From contig JBPCXB010000144.1 of assembly GCA_051008935.1 (NCBI GenBank), forward strand, positions 1 through 49,603: 49,603 bases of DNA. Direction: 5' to 3'. Source of the DNA: Gammaproteobacteria bacterium. Its GTDB lineage: Bacteria; Pseudomonadota; Gammaproteobacteria; JBPCXB01. Under the pieces are notes generated by a model. The model did no database searches, was not told where the DNA came from, and worked only from the letters and a program-made list of their open reading frames with translations. A program made the translations under genes and the position numbers. Positions 19,646 to 28,110 of the stretch are shown in pieces (the first letter of the stretch is position 1; each line of letters begins with the position of its first letter).

Positions 19646-20401
19646 TCAGCGCTGGATAGGTGCCATACGCCTTCTCAGCCGGATCAGCTCAACCAGAGTA
19701 GCCATCAGCGCCCAGGGGCTGAAACGTGAGCCCCCTCGGTTGGCCCAAGATACGCCGCATTCCCCAACCTTTAGTCCGGCACGTTCAGCCATCCAGATCA
19801 GTTCCACATCAAAACCAGCACCGCATAGCTGCGTTTGAGCCACCAACGGCTTGACTCGGCTGCTGTTGAGCAATTTAAAGCCGCATTGCGTATCCCGATA
19901 GGTCAAGCCAGTCAGCCTGCGCACAACTCGGTTGCCACACCAGCTGATGCAGCGCCGCCACAGCGGCGGCTGAACCTGAATACTAGCAGGCTGCATGCGC
20001 CTCGAACCAATGACCAGATCGCAACCTTGCAGGCGCTGACGCAACCTAAAGTACTCGTTCAACGGAGTAGATAGGTCGCAGTCACTCACCAGTATCTGTT
20101 TGCCGCACGCTGCCAAAATACCCGCTCGGCAGGCAGCCCCTTTACCCAGATGGGCTGGTAACTTTACAGCGCGTACGGCAGCGTATTGTGCCGCCAAAGC
20201 CTGTATTTGCACAAAGGTATCATCTGCTGACCCATCATCGACCAGCACCAGCTCACTGTCCGCTACTTGATCCAAGAACTCCAGATAGCAGGGGGTATAG
20301 CGGCTGAGGCGCTTTTTTTCGCAATAGAGGGGAATGACCAGAGAGACAGCACAACCGCCATCTGTAACGGGGATGCCGTCTGAAGCCTGCCTTGGCTTCA
20401 A
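19646..20401 (-). CDS. GT2 glycosyltransferase, dolichyl/polyprenyl-phosphate glycosyltransferase (DPM1/ALG5-like)
   Basis: SLVIPLY, VDDGSADDT, HLGKGAACRAG, SDCDLSTP (DxD), IGSR, DTQCGFKL, GFDVEL. Confidence 0.88.
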   Translation of the reverse strand: MKPRQASDGIPVTDGGCAVSLVIPLYCEKKRLSRYTPCYLEFLDQVADSELVLVDDGSADDTFVQIQALAAQYAAVRAVKLPAHLGKGAACRAGILAACGKQILVSDCDLSTPLNEYFRLRQRLQGCDLVIGSRRMQPASIQVQPPLWRRCISWCGNRVVRRLTGLTYRDTQCGFKLLNSSRVKPLVAQTQLCGAGFDVELIWMAERAGLKVGECGVSWANRGGSRFSPWALMATLVELIRLRRRMAPIQR

Positions 20402-20410
20402 TCCGCCAGC

Positions 20411-21697
20411 TCAGAGGCCAAAATCCCAACCCAATGCATCCGCGTCATCATTTCCTTCATGATTCTCTGCATAGCGGCGCAAAATGTGCTTGGCAATGAG
20501 GATGCGGTGTACTTCATCGGGGCCATCTGCCAATCGTAAGGTTCGAGCTCCTGTGTACATGCTGGCAAGAGGGGTATCTGAGCTGACCCCTTTTGCGCCA
20601 AACACCTGAATGGCTCGGTCGACGACGCGCTCAAAAGCAGCCGGCACAAAGACCTTGATGGCAGATATATCGATACGGGTATTCTGCTCGCGCGCCATCA
20701 AGTCAGCACAACGCAGGGTCAGCAACCTAGCAGCCTGTATATCTGTATAAGAATCGGCGATAAAGCCCTGGATGAACTGTTTGTCGGCCAGCAGGCCTCC
20801 GTGCACTTCGCGGCTTTTAGCGCGCATACACATCAAATCAAAGGCGCGCCACATTTGGCCGATTGAATTCATGCAGTGGAAGACGCGGCCTGCCCCCAGC
20901 CTGTCTTGGGCAGCTTGATGCCCAGATCCACGGGCACCCAGCTGATTTTCAGCCGGCACCCGCACCTGATCATAGATGATTTCACAGTGGCTACCGTGGC
21001 TGTGCCCCCACACCGGCACCGCACGCACAATCTCTAGACCTGGGGTATCCATGGGTACGATAAATTGCGTCAGATTGCCCTTTTCTCCGCCTTGAGTTTC
21101 AGTGCGGGCGACAACAATAGCAAAATCGGCACGCTTGGCATTAGAAGTGAACCATTTGTGTCCGTCAATGATCCAGCTGTCTCCATCACGCCTAGCCGTT
21201 GTGCGAATAGAACGGGGGTCTGAACCTGGGGAATCCGGTTCGGTCATCGAGAAGCAGCTCTCCATATCGCCGCGTACCAAAGGCTCCAGCCAGCGCTTCT
21301 TCTGGTCGTCTGAACCGTAGCGCAACAACAACTTCTGGTTGCCAGAATTGGGCGCTACTACGCCAAATAGACGCGCGGAAAAACCACTGTAAGCCAATAT
21401 TTCATTCATATAGGCATGTTGCAGGAAGCCGATGCCCATCCCTCCATATTCGGGAGGGAGATGGGGTGCCCAGAGCTTTTCTTGCTGCACGCGCTGCTTG
21501 ATTTTTCGGCGCGTATCGCTGGCTTCAGAGCTACCCACACGGCTTAATACAGGCTCGGCAGGAACAATAAGCTCATTGACGATAGCGGCAGTGCGCAACC
21601 TGATATCGTTGATGCCGTCTGAAAGCCCTTCGATAGGCGACACGTTCATACGCACACGGCCAGAAGGGGCAGCATGGGAATTAGTTCGAGTTGCCAT
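20411..21697 (-). CDS. Acyl-CoA dehydrogenase (ACAD10/11-like bacterial family)
   Basis: APNSGN, FSMTEPDSPGSD, IDGHKWFTSNA, AQDRLGAGRVFHCM, RLADGPDEVH. Confidence 0.93.
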   Translation of the reverse strand: MATRTNSHAAPSGRVRMNVSPIEGLSDGINDIRLRTAAIVNELIVPAEPVLSRVGSSEASDTRRKIKQRVQQEKLWAPHLPPEYGGMGIGFLQHAYMNEILAYSGFSARLFGVVAPNSGNQKLLLRYGSDDQKKRWLEPLVRGDMESCFSMTEPDSPGSDPRSIRTTARRDGDSWIIDGHKWFTSNAKRADFAIVVARTETQGGEKGNLTQFIVPMDTPGLEIVRAVPVWGHSHGSHCEIIYDQVRVPAENQLGARGSGHQAAQDRLGAGRVFHCMNSIGQMWRAFDLMCMRAKSREVHGGLLADKQFIQGFIADSYTDIQAARLLTLRCADLMAREQNTRIDISAIKVFVPAAFERVVDRAIQVFGAKGVSSDTPLASMYTGARTLRLADGPDEVHRILIAKHILRRYAENHEGNDDADALGWDFGL

Positions 21698-21988
21698 GGT
21701 ATAACTCCAGCTTCAATGCAAAGGAACCTCTGAACATTGTATACAAAGCACATACTAAGCCAGCAGCGATAGCAGGAGCAAAAGTGGTATTGCATACAAT
21801 TCCCGCACCATTCTAATCATGAACCCCCTGATACAACACACAAAATAGCAGTGCGTGTAAAATAAAGGCATTGGGCCGGCTTCTGCCTTGTGTAGATACG
21901 CCGCAAAACCTGTATTGGGCCTGTACTAGCTGGCTGCCCATATCCAGACAATCATTCCCCGACAAAATCCGACAAAAGGTACACTTTC

Positions 21989-23215
21989 ATGGTCGTTGAC
22001 ATTCTAGGTTTTATTATCGGCACTCTCGCCAGTGTCGAGCTATCGGCACTTCTGATCACCGGCATGTTTGTGCTGGCTTTGATGGGGCAGCTGGGTTATT
22101 CCTCTCGCCCCTTCCTCGCTGGCTTGGCACGCAACGCCCCCACCTTGCTGACCTCCTTGGGCATTACCTTTACCTTTATGGGTGTGCTGCGCGGGCTGCT
22201 TGATTTTGACCTTGACAACATAGATGTGGGCATCAGCGAGCTTCTGGAAGGGCTAAAAGTGGCCTTTATGTCCAGTGTTTTGGGTATTTCCTTTGCCTTT
22301 ATATTTCGTCTGGTCGCTATCAACGATAGCGAAGAGGCACTGAGTTCAGATGACCCAATCGACATCATGCGCAACGGCCTGCAAGGTATTATCGATGCTA
22401 TTAAAGGAAGCGAAGAAGGCAGCATGGTTAATCAGATGGAAGCACTCAGAGAGACCTTTGAAAGCCAGACCCAGCACCTCCATCAGTCGTTCAAAGAATT
22501 CACCCAGAGTGTCGTTGACTCTGGTACCGAAGCCATGATGCAGTCACTGACCGACATTGTCACCAACTTTAATGGCCAAATCACCGATCAATTCGGCGGC
22601 AATCTGGAACAGTTCAACGGCGCAGTCACCAACCTGATGAAATGGCAGCAGGACTATAAAGTGGAGCTGGACGGCGTTATGGGCAACATGGGCAACATCC
22701 GCGATGCTCTGACGACCTCTACCAACCGCATGGAATCCGTTTCTCAAGAGACAGGTAACCTATCTGCCGGGCTTTCTGCGATGCAAGACGCCTTGGCTAC
22801 TTTCCGATCTGAAATTGAAAGTATGGAGTCGGGTATGCGCACTTTGTCAGATGTTAAAGACAAAGCGCAAGAAGCTCTGCCAGAAATGTCCAAAGGTCTG
22901 GATGCCGCTCTTACCAAGATCACAGCGGTCAACAAATCGGTTGCCGATGGACTACAAAAAAGCTCTGATTTGCAGACTCAGGCCGCTCAATTAATAGCCG
23001 CTACTGCCGAGAAGTTGGAAGAACGTATCCAGCAATCTCAGGCCGCTATGCAGAAAACCAGCGAAGAGTCTGTGTCTATAGTCAGCGCTAATATCGAACA
23101 ACTAGACCGCAGCATGCAAGACGAGATCCAGCGTTGTGTACAGGCAATGGCCAATAACATTACCCGCATCACAGAAGAATTTGTCAAGCAGTACGAAAGA
23201 CTGGCAAAAAGCTGA
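21989..23215 (+). CDS. zorA: ZorA-like MotA/TolQ/ExbB channel protein with helical cytoplasmic tail
   Basis: Three N-terminal TMs with APTLLTSLGITFTFMG..GL..FD..ISELLEGLKVAFMSSVLG, then about 290 aa of heptad-like helix (FNGQITDQFGGNLEQFNGAVTNLMKWQQDYK). Confidence 0.82.
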   Translation: MVVDILGFIIGTLASVELSALLITGMFVLALMGQLGYSSRPFLAGLARNAPTLLTSLGITFTFMGVLRGLLDFDLDNIDVGISELLEGLKVAFMSSVLGISFAFIFRLVAINDSEEALSSDDPIDIMRNGLQGIIDAIKGSEEGSMVNQMEALRETFESQTQHLHQSFKEFTQSVVDSGTEAMMQSLTDIVTNFNGQITDQFGGNLEQFNGAVTNLMKWQQDYKVELDGVMGNMGNIRDALTTSTNRMESVSQETGNLSAGLSAMQDALATFRSEIESMESGMRTLSDVKDKAQEALPEMSKGLDAALTKITAVNKSVADGLQKSSDLQTQAAQLIAATAEKLEERIQQSQAAMQKTSEESVSIVSANIEQLDRSMQDEIQRCVQAMANNITRITEEFVKQYERLAKS

Positions 23216-23248
23216 CCTTGCAAAACAGATGACTACGCAGTACAAGCT

Positions 23249-23926
23249 ATGATTTATAACAACGCCAAGAGCGAAGAAGATAATTGGGTATCAACCTCTG
23301 ACCTGATGGCGGGGCTGATGATTATCTTTCTGTTTATTGCCATCGCCTACATCAAAAGCATCGGCCAAGAAGAAAAGCAGGCAGCAAACGACATCTGCAA
23401 CCAGTTGGAAAGCGCTTTTGAAGATTTCAAGTGGCGGGATCGGATTGAAGTCTGTATCGAGCCTCTGGTTGTGCGCTTTACAGACCCTGAAACCCTGTTT
23501 GAACGAGGCAGCGCCAGCCTGACACGGGACTTTCAACAGATGCTGGAGGCCTTCATACCACGCTACATGAGCGTAGTGGATAGCCATCAGAGCCAGATCG
23601 GCAAAATTCGTATCGAGGGCCATACAGACGATGCCTGGGGCAACGAACAAGACCCCATCGCCAAGTTCTACAACAATATGTACCTCAGTCAGAGCCGAAC
23701 CTACTCAGTACTGCATTTTTCGTTGCAGCAAAAAGAGCTGCGCAAAGAACCCGAATGGGCCATCAAGCATCTGGAATCAGTCGGCCGTTCGTCCAGCGAC
23801 CCCATTGTTGCAGAAAACGGTGGTGTCGACCACGACCGCTCCCGACGGGTAGATTTCCGCATCCAACTCAATATCCGTGCCAAACGTCTGGGGCAACTGG
23901 CGGGCGTTGATATCGCTACCAATTGA
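23249..23926 (+). CDS. zorB: ZorB-like OmpA/MotB-family protein
   Basis: WVSTSDLMAGLMIIFLFI single TM with conserved Asp; OmpA domain IRIEGHTD, NMYLSQSR, SRRVDFRI; follows the zorA-like gene. Confidence 0.88.
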   Translation: MIYNNAKSEEDNWVSTSDLMAGLMIIFLFIAIAYIKSIGQEEKQAANDICNQLESAFEDFKWRDRIEVCIEPLVVRFTDPETLFERGSASLTRDFQQMLEAFIPRYMSVVDSHQSQIGKIRIEGHTDDAWGNEQDPIAKFYNNMYLSQSRTYSVLHFSLQQKELRKEPEWAIKHLESVGRSSSDPIVAENGGVDHDRSRRVDFRIQLNIRAKRLGQLAGVDIATN

Positions 23927-23978
23927 AGGCAGCTTTAAGGCAAATTGCAGGCACATTAAACTTACGGGGCAGCCCCTG

Positions 23979-24575
23979 ATGCGCATTTACATAGACCTCA
24001 CCAAACTGGATAGACTCGCTAACCGAGTCAGCGCCAACAATACCAATATCGCAGCAACGCCTCAGATAGATGTGCAACCGCTGCCGCCTTTGGCGAGCCA
24101 GTCTGCACAGCTGCTCCAACTGAAAGAGGGTCTTAAGGTTTCAGCTCTTGAAGCCAATATGCAGTCCAAGGGCTATCTCAACTACCGAGGTATACAAGCC
24201 AGCCTGTATATCTGGCAATACACCCAAAATGCACAAAAAATTCGGCAACGCGATTCCTTTGATAAAAGGTACCATATCACTTGGTGTAAGGATGTGCAAT
24301 ACTTGGCTAGAAAAAAAAGCTATCAAGGCCGGATGAAGCTCATCCATACCACCGACGAGACCTTTGCTATCGAAGGCAACAGCCGCTCTAAACAGCCCGA
24401 GACGGCTGACATACGCATACCAGTATGCCGTAAATGCCTGAAAAAAATAAAATTTCTGCGTTTCTGGCACCTATTCCCCGGCCAGATCAGAACGCGCATA
24501 GCGAGCTGGGAATTGCCCGAATTCGTGCAAAAGGCGCAACACGAGATCAGCCGCAACCTAGGGAAAAAGTCCTAG
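23979..24575 (+). CDS. ZorE-like protein, N-terminal Cys/His domain only (no HNH domain visible; possibly truncated)
   Basis: QASLYI, KRYHITWC, PVCRKCL, WELPEF resemble the N-terminal part of HNH proteins I recall downstream of zorAB. First non-overlapping ATG is at 23979. Confidence 0.55.
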   Translation: MRIYIDLTKLDRLANRVSANNTNIAATPQIDVQPLPPLASQSAQLLQLKEGLKVSALEANMQSKGYLNYRGIQASLYIWQYTQNAQKIRQRDSFDKRYHITWCKDVQYLARKKSYQGRMKLIHTTDETFAIEGNSRSKQPETADIRIPVCRKCLKKIKFLRFWHLFPGQIRTRIASWELPEFVQKAQHEISRNLGKKS

Positions 24576-24598
24576 GGAAAAAGTCTTAAAGCAAAAGT
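24557..24598. repeat. 14-bp tandem repeat spanning the stop codon of the zorE-like gene
   Basis: CCTAGGGAAAAAGT x2 exact, plus degenerate CTTAAAGCAAAAGT. Confidence 0.85.
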
Positions 24599-24915
24599 CC
24601 CAGACGTCTCGACCTCCTGACTTCTGTAGCAGCTGCCGCTTGCAGCTGGCTCACCCGATAGTGTCAGCAAGATAGATTAAACTTCAGCCCGACAGAATGA
24701 GTCGGACTAGCCCCTTTGCACTCTCGACCCGCATCTATACATCTGTGCATCTAGGCATCTACCAGAACAAAATGTCGGATGTCCGCACCTCTCAGATTTT
24801 ATGAACGCCGCTTCACGAATGGTAGAGACTAGAGACCTTTCTGGGCCCATCTGTACGATACCGACAGCCTGACCCTCTGGCAAAATACCGAAACACCAGC
24901 GCACTGAGGATAGCA

Positions 24916-26721
24916 ATGAACCCCGCGATTAGAACCAGTCACAAAATCTTCTACCCGATAGTATGCGCCGCTCTCATAGCAATGCTGAGTGCCTGTAGCC
25001 CAACCGAAGAAGAACCATTACCGCAAACGCACCAAGATCTGATCCGAGCTACCAGCCAAGGGTTAGTGGCTGGCTTCAAGGCTGCCAATAGCCATCAGTG
25101 GCTGGGTATTCCCTTTGCAGCCCCGCCAACTGGGGAGCTGCGCTGGCGCGCACCGCGGCCAGCACCCGAATGGCAAGGAACTCTTAAAGCCGTATCTTTT
25201 GCGGATTCCTGCAAACAAATCGGCGGCCCTTTGGGTGGATCGCCCAGCGAATATTACGGCAAACCTTTCGGCAGCGAAGACTGCCTGTATCTCAATATCT
25301 ATACCCCCACTGATTCCAGCAGTACCGAGTTACCTGTGATGCTCTGGATACACGGAGGCGGGAATATCGCAGGCAGCGCCGCTTCCTATGACTTTTCTCG
25401 GCTGGCGCAGGAAGAAAAAGTCATCGTTGTCAGTAGCAATTACCGCTTGGGCGTATTCGGCTGGCTGGATCATCCGCACCTTGCGGACAGCGCCTCTTCA
25501 GAACTCGATCGGTCGACCAATTACGGCATCCTCGATCTGATAGCTGCACTGCAATGGGTTCAGCACAATATCGAAACCTTCGGCGGCAATCCGGAACAGG
25601 TAACCATTTTTGGCGAATCAGCTGGGGGGCGCAACGTACTGGCGCTATTGACTAGCCCACACGCAAAGGGGCTGTTTTCTGGCGCTATTTCCCAAAGCGG
25701 TAGCACCTATTCATTTACTAGTGCTCAAGCGCAAGGAACAGACGATGATCCCATACCCAATCTGATCAATGCGCGTATGCTCATCGAAAAACTGCAACAC
25801 ATGCACCCTGCTGAACCCGCAACCAGCGATAACGCGCAAACGCAGGTGGCATGGATGCAATCCCTGTCAGCCGATGATATTCTGAAAGCCCTGATCCAAC
25901 TGCGGGATCCAGATCAAGAATTCTTTATCTGGCCTGCCATCACCCAAGATGGCATTGTCATCCCTGCCGAGGGCATCAGAAGCGCTCTTTTACAAGGGCA
26001 ACACCCCGACATCCCCTTGTTGCTGGGAACCACGCGCGATGAAACCCGTCTTTTTGCTGCATTCGACCCCAAACTGGTCAGCAATTGGGGGTTTCAGTAC
26101 TTCATACGCGACCCAAGCTACTACGATCGCCTCAATAGCTACAGCAGCAGGGTATGGAAAGAGACCGGCTCTGACCAGATCGCAGCTGCCTACAAAAACC
26201 CCGCCTGGGTTTACCGCTTTGACTGGGATGAATTGCCCACTATTCTCTGGACCGATTTCCAACAGCTTTTCGGTGCAGGGCATGCCTTTGATATCCCTTT
26301 TGTGAGCGGCTCGCTATCGCTCTCTGAGGGCATTGACCAGATTCTGTTCAATGATGAGAACAAAGCACAGGCCCGCGCATTGTCAGACGCTATGATGGCA
26401 TACTGGGCCGAATTTGCCTATTCAGGCACACCAGGCACTGCCCAAGGGCGGCTACCTGAGTGGAAGGCCTACTCGATATCAAAATCCTATATGGTGTTCG
26501 ATACGCCTGCAGATGGCGGCCTACGCATGGAGCGCGATCTGGAGCACGCCGACGGCCTGCTCAGCGCATTGGCTACCGATGCCGCCATAGCGGACGCACA
26601 GCAACGGTGTGCGATACTGGCGGTGGTACTCAGCCGCCTGCATGCCAACCGGCAGGTCGCACGCACTCAATACAGCAGCTGGCAAAATGAATTGTGCACC
26701 AACTACAGTGCCGAGTTCTGA
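24916..26721 (+). CDS. Type B carboxylesterase/lipase, predicted lipoprotein
   Basis: Lipobox LSAC; GIPFAAPPTGELRWRAP, SEDCLYLNI, WIHGGG, FGESAG, catalytic His in GAGHAFD. Confidence 0.93.
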   Translation: MNPAIRTSHKIFYPIVCAALIAMLSACSPTEEEPLPQTHQDLIRATSQGLVAGFKAANSHQWLGIPFAAPPTGELRWRAPRPAPEWQGTLKAVSFADSCKQIGGPLGGSPSEYYGKPFGSEDCLYLNIYTPTDSSSTELPVMLWIHGGGNIAGSAASYDFSRLAQEEKVIVVSSNYRLGVFGWLDHPHLADSASSELDRSTNYGILDLIAALQWVQHNIETFGGNPEQVTIFGESAGGRNVLALLTSPHAKGLFSGAISQSGSTYSFTSAQAQGTDDDPIPNLINARMLIEKLQHMHPAEPATSDNAQTQVAWMQSLSADDILKALIQLRDPDQEFFIWPAITQDGIVIPAEGIRSALLQGQHPDIPLLLGTTRDETRLFAAFDPKLVSNWGFQYFIRDPSYYDRLNSYSSRVWKETGSDQIAAAYKNPAWVYRFDWDELPTILWTDFQQLFGAGHAFDIPFVSGSLSLSEGIDQILFNDENKAQARALSDAMMAYWAEFAYSGTPGTAQGRLPEWKAYSISKSYMVFDTPADGGLRMERDLEHADGLLSALATDAAIADAQQRCAILAVVLSRLHANRQVARTQYSSWQNELCTNYSAEF

Positions 26722-26760
26722 GCAGACCCAGCAGCTCTGTACGGTGCTATCATTAGCACT

Positions 26761-28020
26761 ATGAACTCAAAATTAATTCGCCCCGCTATTCAGGAAGCTG
26801 GTAGCTATCTGCGCTCCATGGCCAATCAGCACATGGTCGTTCATCTGCCAATTGAACAACAGAGCTCCTCAGCCCTCCAGGAGCATCTGGCTGACCTGAG
26901 CCTGCTGGCAAGCTTGCATGTACACCTGACTCTGGTATTTTCTCCGCCACAGCTGCTGCCTGAAAAGGCGATGAGCGAAAGTCAGCTGCAAAGCTGGATT
27001 CTGGATGTACAAAAAACCCAGTTGGAGCTAGTGGGCCGCCTGAGCCGCGCACTGCCAGATTTCAAGCCCTCAATCGTGCACAGCAATGCGGTCACAGCCC
27101 GCCCGGCGGGTGTATCTGAAGGCCAACATGCCGGCCATCTGGGTACCATCCGCTCTATCCACAGCCAAGACATACTGAATTTGGCACGCCCGGGCCGCCT
27201 GATTCTGATGCCGCCTCTGGCCGCCTCGCTGCTGGGCAACTATTATGCGCTCGACCCACTGCGCCTTGCCGTATGCTTGGCTAAAGAGCTAAAAGCACGC
27301 AAGCTGCTGTTGTTGACTCAAGGCATTGACCGCATTACCGGCGGCAAGCCACTCGGGCCGTTATCGGTCACAGAAGTAGAGCAGCTCATACACAGCAACA
27401 GCTTGGCCCCACAAACAATCAAGGCCCTTGATGCGTCCATTCAGGCCGGCGATGTAGGCATCGAACGCGTACACCTTCTGGATATCAACAAAAAAGGCGT
27501 GCTGATCGATGAACTGTGCACACGTCAAGGAGCAGGCGCTCTGCTAGCTGCCCACAACCCCGAACGCATCCGCCCGGCCAAGCCAGAAGACGCCTCTGCC
27601 ATTCTCAGGATCATCGAACCTCTGGAGCAAGACGGAACGCTGATCCAGCGTGGGCGCACTCAGCTCGAACAAGAGCTTGAGCAATTCTGGGTGATGGAAA
27701 TGGATTCCCAGATCATTGGCTGCTGTGCGCTGCTAGATCTGGGTACCGAAATGGAATTAGCTGCCCTTGCCGTAGACCCTGCTTATAGAGGCCAGAGCTA
27801 TGCACACCAACTGGTACAACGCGCCGAACAAAAAGCACGCGCTCAGGGTGCAAAGCGCATATTCGTCTTCACGACAGTAGCTGAAGATTGGTTCTTGGAG
27901 CGCGGCTTTACCAAAGGCAGCATCAAGGATCTGCCGGCCCAAAGAGCGGCACTTTACAACTACAGCCGCCACTCGGTGGTCTTGATCAAACACCTCAGCG
28001 AGCCAGCAGCAGCTAGCTAA
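26761..28020 (+). CDS. argA: Amino-acid N-acetyltransferase (N-acetylglutamate synthase)
   Basis: Kinase-like N-domain plus GNAT C-domain: IIEPLEQDGTLIQR, IFVFTTVAEDWFLERGF, LPAQRAALYNYSRHSVVLIK. Confidence 0.88.
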   Translation: MNSKLIRPAIQEAGSYLRSMANQHMVVHLPIEQQSSSALQEHLADLSLLASLHVHLTLVFSPPQLLPEKAMSESQLQSWILDVQKTQLELVGRLSRALPDFKPSIVHSNAVTARPAGVSEGQHAGHLGTIRSIHSQDILNLARPGRLILMPPLAASLLGNYYALDPLRLAVCLAKELKARKLLLLTQGIDRITGGKPLGPLSVTEVEQLIHSNSLAPQTIKALDASIQAGDVGIERVHLLDINKKGVLIDELCTRQGAGALLAAHNPERIRPAKPEDASAILRIIEPLEQDGTLIQRGRTQLEQELEQFWVMEMDSQIIGCCALLDLGTEMELAALAVDPAYRGQSYAHQLVQRAEQKARAQGAKRIFVFTTVAEDWFLERGFTKGSIKDLPAQRAALYNYSRHSVVLIKHLSEPAAAS

Positions 28021-28110
28021 AATGGTATCCGGACTGTAACGGGCGGTTTCTATCTGAACCGTCTGTCTGCTGACCCGCAACCCGATAACCAGCAATGAGA
28101 GACTGAGATA

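Noticed and set aside
21989-23926. Flagellar motAB or exbBD/tolQR
   Set aside because: The long helical tail on the A subunit, the SDLMAGL motif and the absence of flagellar or tonB genes fit Zorya better.
23877-23978. Longer start of the zorE-like ORF overlapping zorB
   Set aside because: Non-ATG start overlapping zorB by 50 nt; ATG 23979 is more plausible.
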